A stretch of 63,765 nt of DNA, counting the filler, from Sluysia triapertura (lineage: Eukaryota), in NCBI GenBank assembly GCA_046118255.1. It is 5 parts of 5 records of this genome, joined end to end, with 100 filler letters (N's around TTAATTAATTAA, not from the genome) between each part and the next. Parts side by side here need not be neighbours in the genome. Positions count along the whole stretch, not along the records: positions 39,566 to 52,474 come from JBJNIA010073166.1; positions 52,575 to 63,765 come from JBJNIA010187678.1; 3 more parts are not named here. One strand, written 5' to 3'. Positions 42,060 to 53,861 of the stretch are shown piece by piece (the first letter of the stretch is position 1; each line of letters opens with the position of its first letter). The notes under the pieces were generated by a model. That model ran no database searches. It was not told the DNA's origin and was given only the letters and a program-made list of their open reading frames with translations. The position numbers were made by a program, and so were the translations under genes.

Positions 42060-42360
42060 GCTTTATTAAAGTCTTATAAGACTCATTTTAATTGTGATAA
42101 CACATCCATTCCTAATATCATAGTTCAGGACATTTTCTCATTACTCTACATTTAATTTCAATTTTATTATTTCCAATTTCACATAATACTTTTAAACCTC
42201 CGAGAATTTCGATTTCATCTCCTGTTACTCCTGTTAAATAAAAATGTTGTTTAGACAGATTATTAAGTTCTTTCGTAGTTAATTTTGATTCGCTTCGGTA
42301 TCTACCAATGCTAATTACATTCTTCCATTTACTTTCATATCTACCGTTGGTCTTCTTGCA
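42060..42360 (-). pseudogene. Retropepsin aspartic protease remnant
   Basis: RPTVDMKVNGRM*LALVDTEA (degenerate DTGA), LTGVTGDEIEILG and ILGMDVL. Confidence 0.85.
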
Positions 42361-42519
42361 CTATTATAATTATTATTTGAACAGATCATGTAAATCAAAT
42401 TTATTGATGGATATAGACTTTGTTTTAATTCATTTATTTCTTTTACTGTGTCAACATTAATTGTTTGTAATGCTATTTCTTCTGTTTGTTTTCTTTCTTA
42501 AGAGCATTTAATTGAGAAT

Positions 42520-44362
42520 GTGTATGATGATGTGTATAAAATGGAAAACACCCTATTATTAGTCTCCATGTAAGACCTGACATTTTGTATATACCTACCA
42601 CCGAAAATATCTGAGATATTATAAAGAGCGATAACTTTAATTATTATATATTCCGATTAATCCCGAATCTCGTCCTAGAACCAGAAAGCTTCCCCATATT
42701 TGCTTTAGTGTATTTTATGCAGCTTTCTAAAAATTATCCGGCCCTAATAATAATTCAAAGTTTATTTTACCATTGGTTTATCTACGATTTCTGTTAGGTG
42801 TTTTGACCTTTCGATTGGAAATAATATTTCATACCAAGCTGCTTGAATATCCTCATTTGAATATATTCCCGATCTTGAAATAGATATGAATTTTAATTTT
42901 GATTTCAATTCTGTTAATTGAATTATTTCTGGAGTTTAAACTTGACTCCTGTGGGGTAATGATATCCATAAATTATCATCAATTTTGTATTCTGGTGCCT
43001 TCACGTTGGAACAGTGTAATATTTTTAGTTTCAGCTTATCAGTTGGTACTATTATTCTTGTAACTGGTTCTAAATAAGTTGGTTGATTTTTGTATGTAAC
43101 TGGTAATTCATTGTACATTCATTTACTTGTCGGATTTGAACTTCAACTTTCTTACATTTATAAGTATATAGGACATCATCCATTAATCTACCAAATACTC
43201 CTTCTAACGGAAGTAATGGTGCTACAAGATCTAGGTTAGTAATTGCTACTGCTAATTTAGTACTTAAGATTTCTTTATTTAATTGACAATCCTTTGTTAT
43301 CATTGCTTGATAAACTTTTTCAAGCGACATCAATCCTAAATGGCAATAGAAATCTATTTTATTATTAAAGTATGTATTTAATTTCAAATTCTTTGTATCT
43401 AAACCTTTTTTAGCTTGAATTATTTTATTTTCAGACAAATAAATACCTTGGTAATTTGTTTCTGTAATTTTTTGACCATATCTAATTAGTGACTTTTTGA
43501 AAAAGTATTAATCCATCTTCTTCTTTATTCGCCATTAGTAATGTCGGTGTTTCCACTTCATTAAATCGTTTTCTTTGTGGTGAATCTAAATTATCTTTGT
43601 GAATTTGTTTTTTATTTATTTCTTCCTCTGCTAATTCATCATCGTATTGATACATAAATCCTGAAACTAAATTAAATTTGATTTGTGTTAAAAATATTAG
43701 ATGACATTGAAAATTCATATATTAGTGTTGATTCTCCAGCATTACAACTAGTTTGATCACTTTTACAAAATGGTCGTGACATCACAGTTCCTTTTTCTAA
43801 ATCAAAACTTTCATTGAAAGATCTTAGACTCACTACATATGTTTCTTGTGCTACACATTATTATAAATTTTCCCTTAGTGTTCTATCGAACCCCTTTCGC
43901 AAGTGCATCTGATAATACAATACCTGCAGTTCTTACATTATAAATTATTTTTACATTATTTTTAATTTTAAGTTTATCTCCTTTATTTAAACTAATATAC
44001 TCAGTTTCAAAAGCATCTCGACAATTACTTGGTAAAATCTTAAATGGTTTTAACACATTAGACATATCAATAATTGATAAGTGATTATGATGTCAACAAT
44101 GCCATATAACTACAGATCTTTTAACTAAACATTCTCGAACTAAAGTTATAACCAGATTTCCTTCTTGGTAAAAGTTTAGTATTCTCATATCTTTTATTTT
44201 AACTCTATTATGTTATGCTTCGGGACAATCTTCAGTGTCCAATAATGAAAATTTTCTTCCAATCTGTGGTTGACTACAATCAAAAGCTTTAATAGCATTT
44301 GTTTTATGGATTCCAAGTAAAGCTGATAGAACAATTATGGAAAGTATATTGTTGATTGACAT
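42520..44362 (-). pseudogene. Chuvirus (Jingchuvirales)-like class III fusion glycoprotein, env-like
   Basis: Signal peptide, then AFDC..FSLLDTEDC, CLVKRSVVIWHC*HHNHLSII (cf. YCGMHSHxS), CRDAFET, DCQLNKEIL, YTYKCKKVEVQIRQVNEC/YNELPV, YLEPVTRII, SGIYSNEDI..ILFPIE, IWGSFLVLG and a TM region; order matches recalled chuviral G; many stops/frameshifts. Confidence 0.85.
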
Positions 44363-44455
44363 TCCAAATTGTGGATTTATTTCATTTGACTTTCCATTAT
44401 TAGTAATAAATTTTGATATTAAGTTAAGTGGTTCTTCTTTTGTTTTTTCTTTAAT

Positions 44456-44731
44456 AATATTTTTCCATCCTCCTTGTTCTTTTATCCAGGTACTAAATTT
44501 CTTATCCATAAAATTTATAACACTATCTAATATTTCTTTATTTACCAATACAGCTTTATTACATTGGAACATTACATAGGCTATTATAATTTTAAGTCTT
44601 TCTATATTAATACCAGCATTAATTTGCTTTTTATTAATCTTTTGAGTTTTACCTTCCCATTTATCAATTAACTGTTGAATTCGATTTTTCATTCCTTCAA
44701 TTTCTTTAATCTGTTCAATTCTTTCTTCCAT
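44456..44731 (-). CDS. Bcl-2-like domain in frame with the glycoprotein signal peptide (part of ORF 44213-44731)
   Basis: BH2-like WIKEQGGW at 44465-44488, 40 residues after BH1-like GINIERL (cf. GVNWGRI), with amphipathic helices between. Confidence 0.6.
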
Positions 44732-45224
44732 GAGTTTAATGAATATTTCTTGGATTCTTGCTTCATTTGGTTGTTTTGTTAATCGATTTTCTTCTCTTAC
44801 TTTTTGTTCTCTTCATTTTCTATCTTTCTTAAATTCCCGATATCTCTCATGCGTATAACTCATAAAGACTTCTTCTTGTTTATTTTTGAATCGATTTGTA
44901 TCTTAATCTAATCCAGTGATGTATAATTCTCGTAAAATAGCATTATTTTCTTCATATGTTATCAATTTCGAGTAGTCATCATCTTCTTCGATACTAGATT
45001 CTTATCTTTTTCGTTCCTTCTTAAAATTCTTTCTAATACTTTTAGATTCTTCTTCATCTTCGTAATATTCATCTTCATGTTGATCTTCGTATTCGTTACA
45101 ATTTATTTGTCCTCTCTCATTTTTATTATTATCGTTAAACCTTACTTTCTATTAGGGCTTTGATATTTTTGTTGTTGAGGGCCCCTTACCTTAGAGAAAT
45201 CCTGACTAAAAGTGTTTTGCTTAA

Positions 45225-46260
45225 CTTACCACAATTTCTTGTAGAGTGCCTGTATTTATTACAATTATCGCAGTGTATTTCCCCGTCAATATTAGTTTGA
45301 GCCCTGTCATTATATCTATTCGGACTTTTACTTCGACCTCGATAATTATTTATATTTGTATTTGGTGGCTATATTGATGCTTGTCTCTGTTCGATTTCCT
45401 CTGTTATTCTGAAAACTTCTTGGCTGAAAATTATTTCCTCTAAAATTATTATTAAAATTTCTCGGATTACCCCTATAGTTAAAAATACCTCTGCGTGGAA
45501 GATTATACCTATAGTTACTATTATTTCTATCATAATTATTACTTCTATTATCATTATATTCATTATCATTATTATATTCATTATAACTTAAAGAATCATT
45601 CTTATTCGAAAAATTATTATCATAATTATTGTATCGATTATTAGAATTAATGAATTTATCTCTATTAATATTATTTCTTGTAAGTTTTGGGCTTTTGCTT
45701 TCACCATCACTAACATAATTAATATTATCTTTATTTTATTTTTATCTTCATCTTTATATGAAGAATTTTCTATACTTCCTAATTTTTTAACTAATTCTTT
45801 GAAAGATACTTCTTCGATTAAAGTGGCATAAGTTCTCAATTCAGGACGTAAACTACATTTTAATTTATCTTTTAAAATCATTTCTTTTTTGTCTTCAGCA
45901 ATCTTTGCGCATATGAATTCGTGAACAGTTTCATTAGCTTTTTGCTTTGTTAAATTTAACATTTTATTATAATATTTTCCCATGTCATCGTGGGAAATTT
46001 CCTCGGTAAATGCATTAACAAAAGAATTCCAAATTGCTTTATCTTGTTCATTTATGTCTTTATAAATCTGAATCGCCACACCAGTAAAGTAATTTTGTAT
46101 TCATTTAACTTTTTCTAATTTGTTCCATCCATTAGCTTCGGCAATTTTATAGTTCTTCCTCTGCTCCAGTAAATTTGCGCATATCTGGTAAAGCCATTAA
46201 AGGACGCATTTCTCTTGCTAATTGTGAAATGCAATCTCTAAATCATTTGGCAAAGCCATC
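45225..46260 (-). pseudogene. Ty3/Gypsy gag with CCHC zinc knuckle
   Basis: RKFTG, AEANGWNKLEK, YFTGVAIQIY, WNSFVNAF, KQKANETVHEF and LRPELR; N/R-rich linker; CDNCNKYRHSTRNC (CX2CX4HX4C) at 45231-45272. Confidence 0.88.
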
Positions 46261-49200
46261 TAGTTTCTTAATTTAGCTCTGTAATTGTCAAAAGGTATCA
46301 TTTGTTTAGCAATTTTATTCAAATCTTACAACTCTTATCAAGTTAGGATTTAATAATATGCTTTAATCTTTAAATCTTATAAAACTCTGAAATTAATTCG
46401 TATTAAATTAGTAATTACATATAAAAGTAGTCAAAACTTATAAAACTTATTCAATAATAAAAACTTATTCGCGTAAAATTAAAACTTATTCAACAGGTTT
46501 ATTATAAAACATGTAATCTTTTAGTTTATATATTTGTATATAAAACATATTCAATAATGACTTATTTGACTTAAGGGACAATAAAACTTATGGAATAATC
46601 ATTTATAGTCTTTAAAAATTATAGCAATTTATACAATTTATAGTTTAGGATACTTTTGCTTATCAAAACTTAATAGGGTTATTTTTATAATTTACTTTCT
46701 TTTATATTTTTATTTTATTTTAATGTATGTTTATGCTTCTGATCCTCACTTTTATTTATTTTAATAGTTTATATTTTGCTCGTGAATTCTCTATGATACT
46801 GAACTTACTCACTAAATGACCAGAACATAGATTTTGCAGCTAAAAATTAAGAAAAGATTTGGAGATTCATTGTAAACCTAGATGAGGATTGCAAGAGTTA
46901 ATAGATAACAAAACTTGGTTATGATACATAAAAGTCGTGATAGTTTATATAGGTTATATTAAAAAATTTCTTGTATTAATATTTAATAAACTTAGTTATA
47001 TGTTAAATCTTCTTGATTTATATATATGAAAAAATTCGTGATACTTGATATAATAATTTATTAGTTATTATGTTAAATTCTTTGTTAGATATATTATTTT
47101 GATTTTCTAGAAATTATTTTATTTTACTCTCATTTAATATTACTAGTTTATATTACTATATATTACAAAAAGCTAAAAGTAACAAATCTCCACATTAATA
47201 TAACTGATAAAAGATATAAGTAAAGCCAAACAAAAGTAGCAAAAATATTCCACATAATAGCAAAATTTTCACATATTTTAACTAACAAAGTTCTACAGTA
47301 TCTTAACTTCATGAAATGCTTTGCTTTTAGTGAAGGTCGAATGTTGAATATCACTTATGAAATATCACAGTCAAATATAATGTTAAAAATGATTTTTAAA
47401 AATTTATAAAAAGTATGATCGAAACTGTTAAAAGAAATTAAGGAAGAGTTTTATGAACAATTTAATGAAAATATAAAGTCACATACCCACATTGACAGTG
47501 TACGTAGAAAGAAAAACAAAAGCATTCATAACTTGCCAGCTAGCTTATGCTATTTTTCTTTTGATTAACAAATTTTATTAAAGCCTTTCTTTTTAATACA
47601 ACAAAATTATATTCACCCTCAAAATCTACAATTCACATTTTTAAATTCATGGTTCAATACAAACATTACCAAAATCATATCATTTTTCAACATCACACAA
47701 TTACTTTTTAGAACGTACCAAAACATAGACTATATTTATCTTCTTCACTTTCACTAAACCACGTTCTTTTCAACGCATTTTCAAGTCATAACCTCCAAAT
47801 ATTACTTTTAAAAATCCACATTATATTTTAAAATCCACATAAAACATTATGTTATTTCAAAATACGTAAATCATAAGCGTTCAACACTCAAACTCATCTT
47901 CAGTCAAAAACATTATTTAGTACTTAAAAGTTCACTTTAAACATCTCACACATTATGGTACAATATTAAAATTATACTCAAATTTAAAATTCCTTAAGGG
48001 TTTTAAATATGCTAAGAAATATTTTATGACAGAAAGAAAGTTCGTGTTAATTTTCAAAAATGAACTTATGCGTTTTATAATAATAGTAATAATAATAACA
48101 TTCTTGTTGTTATTATTGCTATTATCATTTTTATTTTTATTAATTTCAAATCACAATAATTCTGAATCAGTAATTACCACTATCAATGTTGAAAATGTGG
48201 GTTAATATGTACAAATTCTTGTCAACATTGATAGTGGTTCGTATGTCAATGCAAAAATAATTATTGTTATTATTGGTTGTCCAACCAGAGTGTACCTGAT
48301 CATTATTTTTATCACTCTGGTTGAACAACCAATCAAGACAATCTCGCATGTATAACTATGATGTTGTGTATTAGTGGTTTTTGGTGATTTTATATGTGCT
48401 GAAAAGTAGTCATAAATATTAGTAAATACAGTTACAATAACAATTTCATTATTTGGTGACAAAAATTTAATATCTTCTCTTTGGTAAAAACAATTAAAAT
48501 TATTGACTTGTATTTTATAATTAATAAGCAGTTATATTTTATTTTTAAATCGAAAGGATACAATTGACGAAACTCTTACGATCACATTGTTAAAGATAAA
48601 TAATTCAGATAAACGTTTTGTAAAACGAGCATCATCTCTAAACCATATTTCTCAATCAAACATACCTATAAACATTAACACGATGATTTCTACAACTGAG
48701 TCGGAAACTACCACTCCACAAAATGAATAACATGGTATTCAGGAAAGACGAAAATGTTTACATATCAATATTCCACAAGCATTTGATGAAATCTTCATTT
48801 GTTATATTTATGTATATGCTCTCTATTTTAGATTCAATGTTAATGTTTCAAAGGAATTTATTAATCGAAACTTAGAGCATTCCAATACTTCTGCAAATTG
48901 CTATGTAATTATGTTTAATGTTATGAAACGTGAGATTTTCAATTTCAGTATCACCACCACCGATTTCAATAATAATGTCAGATCAAACATCGATCACTAT
49001 ACCAATATATTTCCTCTATGTTATTGAGTTTTAAAAGCGAATGGATCAATTGAAAATTTAAATGAACATGCATTTTATAAATTTATGATGCTGTTGTGTT
49101 TAGAATTATTAAAAAATGATAGATGTATTTAGTCATGTTGAGGAAATCTATCTAAATCAAAGTTTAAAGTTCGCATCGATAATTGCTAATAAATTTGACA

Positions 49201-50121
49201 ACTACTCTTTTCCACGTAAAAAATGCTCGTGGCCTATGTTCGAAGCAAGAAAAATAATTATTAAACAAAATTATGATCAATGCTTTTGTCAAAAGAACGA
49301 TGTATACATTTCCAAGATTAATTTCAAACAAAGTTGTACGATTTAATGTATCCCAATTAGATATCGATTACAATTACAAATATAATGAAGAATTGGATAT
49401 ATTTCCTATATATTGATTCCTAGTTCCTGATAAACATAGTAATTTTAGTCATGAATCTAAGAATGTTTTGTATCCGCTGTCGGTTTCTGCCAATTCAATG
49501 CCTCATAACTATTTTTGTAATTCATTAGATTCGAATCAAAATAGAACAATAGTGATATAAATGGTAAGTTTGCAAAATTTGGACTTAAGTGCATCTATGC
49601 ACATACTGTTAATCAATTATCTAATAGTGGATTCGAATATATGACTAACATCAATCACGTGACTAGAATTACAAGTCTACTCGAATGCATAAGGATATCA
49701 ACTGCAGAAATATCTGGTAACGTCGGATCATCGGCTAATAATTCAGTAAATAAATTTTATATTTATTATTAAATTTTATTTTTATATTTATAATTTAATT
49801 TTTGTTTCATTTTTAGATAGTGGAATGTGGCTAATGAAGAGTACAATACAGAGAATTATCCATTTTAACATTCAAAAATTTAGATTTTTTGTGTCAAATA
49901 AAAATTTTAGCATTCATGTATTATTAGTTATTTTTTTTAACTTATAAAATCTTCGTTGTTATTAGATTATATAAAGTTTAAATTAAACATTATATATGTA
50001 AAAATTAAGATAGTGTAATTTAATTTAACATTTAAAATAAAGTTAAACTTTTTATTAAATTACTTTAAATTACTTGTCTTGTTTTATGTAAACATTTGTG
50101 TTTATACTTTTATAAGGAAAC

Positions 50122-50268
50122 AACTGTTGGGGTAAAAATGCCTAAAGTGCCATTTGGTAAAATTGACTATAATGAAATAAAATCGTTAGACGTGGCTGAT
50201 AGCTCAGTGGTAGAGCATCGAACTGCGCAGCTAGTGATCCCGGGTTCGATCCCCGCTCAGTCCATTTT
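50122..50268 (+). repeat. tRNA-derived repeat (tRNA-like core 50193-50264) with about 70-bp conserved 5-prime flank
   Basis: A box TAGCTCAGTGG, D stem GCTC/GAGC, B box GGTTCGATCC, T stem CGGG/CCCG, then TTTT; the anticodon stem does not pair, so it is not a canonical tRNA. Confidence 0.8.
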
Positions 50269-52474
50269 ATGAAGTCTAACACAACGATTAATTTTAAAAT
50301 TGTATATAAAAGAATAATCTTAAAAAGTAATGTATTAAGTATTCAAACTGCAAATAATCTGAGCCGAAATTTATTATTGAAAGAATTTTAATCAAAACAT
50401 TAAACATTAAGTTCTATAATGAAATTATCTATATGAACAAGTTATATTACCTTTCAATTTTAATTAGGTTTAATTATTCACTTATTTTAAATATTCATAA
50501 ACAACTTGATTCAGAAAACATCGTTTAACCTTATTCTCAAATGCCTATGTAATAATAAATTAAACATCAAACGTAACTCTTACCCTCTTATTATTAGAAT
50601 CAAGCAAAATTATGTGATACTTGTATTACTGTAAAATGTATGACTGTGCAATCTTGAATAATTTCGTGTCACTTAATATTAGATATCCAACAAATATAAT
50701 TTTAATATCAAACAAATTGTTAACAAATATAACCATCTACACAATAATTTTTATTATTGTTTTAGTTTTATTACAGGAAATAGTTACAATAACAATTAAT
50801 TAAAGTATGTATCGCTAATATTTATTATGAAATAAATCCTCTAAAGCATTTATAATATATTTCGTAATATTTCTGAACTAGGAAAAGCTTATCTTCCTTT
50901 TAAATACTTCAAATATTTCAATAATTGGGCATTCAGTAGTTGTACCTTTAAAAAACATAAATTTTTTTATTATCACTGTTTATGCTGTTAAAATATTATA
51001 TCTTAACATTTATTTTATAATCCGTTTATTGGATTATATTCAAGAATTTGTAATTTATCATTCTACTCTAGATTTTTGTAGTTATGAAGAAGTTATAAGG
51101 TTTTTATATTAACATAATTTATTCTAAAAGATAAATTAATTGAAAATATGGTACTGATTCATCTAATAATTTAGCAAACTTAATTTTTTTCTTAAAGTAC
51201 ATTAAGTATTACATTGTTCTTACAAAACAATCAATATTTATAATCCCTAGATAAAATAATTATATTAAATTTCGTTAAAATATTTTACCATTTATTATTA
51301 TTAATAAATAAAAGTAAGATTTATTAAAACAAGATTTTTATATAATTTATCAATAAATCAAACATTTTATTTAATTTTAATTTAAATAAAAATTTTCTCT
51401 CTAAAATATAATTTTTCTTTTAAATTAGACTTAATGATATACAAAAAAAATTATATATAAATTCATCTGTTAATTAAAAACTTCTCAAAATAATTTTAAT
51501 ACAAATTATTTGAAAAAACAATTTTGTTTTTTTATATTTAATATTGAATTTGATTTTTTAAATAAATTTTCTTTAAATCTATTTATTGTAACTTTTTACA
51601 GTATTGTTATATTTAATTTCTTTTTGTGAAATTTTAAAATACGAGAAATAAATTTAAAATATGTTTTAACGTTTATTTATTGCTGAATATTTAAACAGTT
51701 TATTACAAAATTTTGTAAAGAAACTATAAAAGATACGAACAATGTTTCCTAAATTGGCAATTTGTTATGGCTAATAAACTTAATTTTTTAATCATATTAC
51801 AATAACACAATTTATAATTCATAATTATAATATAATTTATTATAAATATGTATCATAAATATGCACTATAAGAAAAGCAAACAATTACTAACTAAAACGT
51901 AAAATTGAATATATTATATTTATTGCAAAAAAAGCTACATTTAGAGATAAATTATTGTTTATTACAAAACATTTATATAGAATTATGTTATTTAGAATCA
52001 CAACTACGAAATATTTATTTGTAGATAGATTATTGAATAATAACATTATGCTCTAAAGCAAATTCATTTGACTTTAGTTTATGATGACAGGATTCTGTAG
52101 GATTCTTTATATTTAGTGCGTATATTCATACCAGTCAAGATATTCACTTCCGCATATTTTTTACCTTCTTTACATAAGTAAAACTTAATGATATGGTCTT
52201 CTTGTAATTCGGCGATCTTTTCATTGAATTGTTGGATTTGTTTTTAGAATAAAGCTTAATTTAATGACATCGAAAGTGAACTGACAAAAATCGAATTTAA
52301 GATTTCTTCGATCAAAGAAATTCTTATTGTGAGAATAACAAGAGAATAAATGAAAAGTTTATTGTGAGTCCACCAACGTACTGGACTTACCGGTTATGGC
52401 CAGCCGTTGGATTTTACTATGTAAAGTGCGAAATTTACTTAACAAGATTAGTCTTATGTCTATCTCACTTCTGG

Positions 52475-52574
52475 NNNNNNNNNNNNNNNNNNNNNNNNNN
52501 NNNNNNNNNNNNNNNNNNTTAATTAATTAANNNNNNNNNNNNNNNNNNNNNNNNNNNNNNNNNNNNNNNNNNNN
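52475..52574. other. Artificial contig spacer
   Basis: N44-TTAATTAATTAA-N44. Confidence 0.97.

Positions 52575-52646
<72 letters not shown>
52575..52646. repeat. (TAT)n microsatellite at contig start
   Basis: Direct read. Confidence 0.95.
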
Positions 52647-53781
52647 GTTGAATTTCGACTTTAATATTTTGAGTTAGGTAAATGATTGTTTATCACCAAC
52701 ATCATTATTTTAGGATAATTTCTGGGTTTTCGGAAATTCGACGGAAATTATTGTTAAATTTTAATTACTAAAATGGGTCATATTATAACCGACTCTAAGA
52801 AACCAGCACAGATGGAAATTATGTGCAATTTCCAATTTTCTAGCAATTATCTAAATACTATATGAACAAACCTTGCTTTGCAATAAAACAACACTTAAAG
52901 ACTTTAATGAAGATTTTTCAGTAGAAATTGATTGAATTTTTATTTTTGATTTTTTGTATGGTTAGTTGACTCTCAAGTCCTTATACGTATTTGTTTGTAA
53001 TCTCATCTTTAGGTTTGAGTATTATATTGTAACCACAAATTTAAAATAATTTGATAACTTATTAAAATAACTTGATAATTTTGATAACTTATTACACCTT
53101 ATAAAGTATCTAAAGTGTGAATAAGTGGTATGAAATGTAAAATTCAGTTTTACAGAGTATCAAAAAAGTTAGGTACCAGTACAATTAACATAGTTCAAGG
53201 TTGGCTATCTGAGATCGTTGCACCCAGGCACTACGAAAGCATACAGATTCTTGATGAAGCAAATTGTCAAAATTTGTATCACCGAAGAAATAGGATGATG
53301 ATGTAATGTACATCAAGCTTATAGAAGTGTTTCGGACCTTTTTAAAAGTAAGACTTATTATCTTTTAATGTTTGTATCCGTTCATATTTCGGCATAATGC
53401 CTTTAATTAGTACATTTATAAGAGAATTAACAATCCGCTTAAGGCTTCTTATCTTAAAATAGTAAAAAGAGTAATAAAAATAAAATATAACAAAGATAAT
53501 AATAAAAAAGAAGATATTATGCATAGTTTCATTAATTAATTTAAAATTATAAATATAAGTTGATAAGAGGTAAGAAAATATAATTACTGTGCAGAGTACA
53601 TAAAGGTGTAAATATGCAATTATAAGTAGTTCGATATGAATTTTGATAATGAAGAGTTTGCATGTGATCCAAGTCTTACACAATTAAGAGCTCATCCGCA
53701 GGATTTTGGAATATAAAATAGTTAGGTGAGGTCGAATACTTAATGACAGAAGTCTTATGGCTTATGAAGATTTTGTAATTC

Positions 53782-53861
53782 TTAACACATTATGAGCGGG
53801 TATTCTTAAGTGACAGTACATAAAACGGGTACTAATACCCGCCCCGCTCATAATGTATTAA
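53782..53861. mobile_element. 72-bp piggyBac-type MITE (copy 2)
   Basis: TTAA-flanked; differs from 1811-1882 at two positions I could see; flanks are unrelated. Confidence 0.8.

Larger units (their letters stand above)
40746..46260 (-). mobile_element. Decayed Ty3/Gypsy retrotransposon: gag - Bcl-2-like - chuvirus-like glycoprotein - protease - RT; RNase H, integrase and LTRs not found
   Basis: All domains are colinear on the minus strand of one contig; see component features. Confidence 0.9.

Noticed and set aside
46260-47400. 5-prime LTR and PBS of the Gypsy element
   Set aside because: No convincing TG...CA repeat pair or tRNA-complementary PBS found by eye; gaggatcagaagc near 46740 is too weak.
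48160-49870. Degraded Cys-containing or Ig-like coding fragments
   Set aside because: Only isolated hints (DSGNY, scattered Cys) among many stops; no family can be supported.
50193-50264. Functional tRNA-Arg(GCG)
   Set aside because: The anticodon stem does not pair and the acceptor stem is bulged; treated as a tRNA-derived repeat.
50621-53683. Short I/F/L/Y/N-rich ORFs (e.g. 50621-50803, 53342-53683; likewise 7039, 16680, 30389, 47163)
   Set aside because: Composition expected of chance ORFs in very AT-rich DNA; no motifs.
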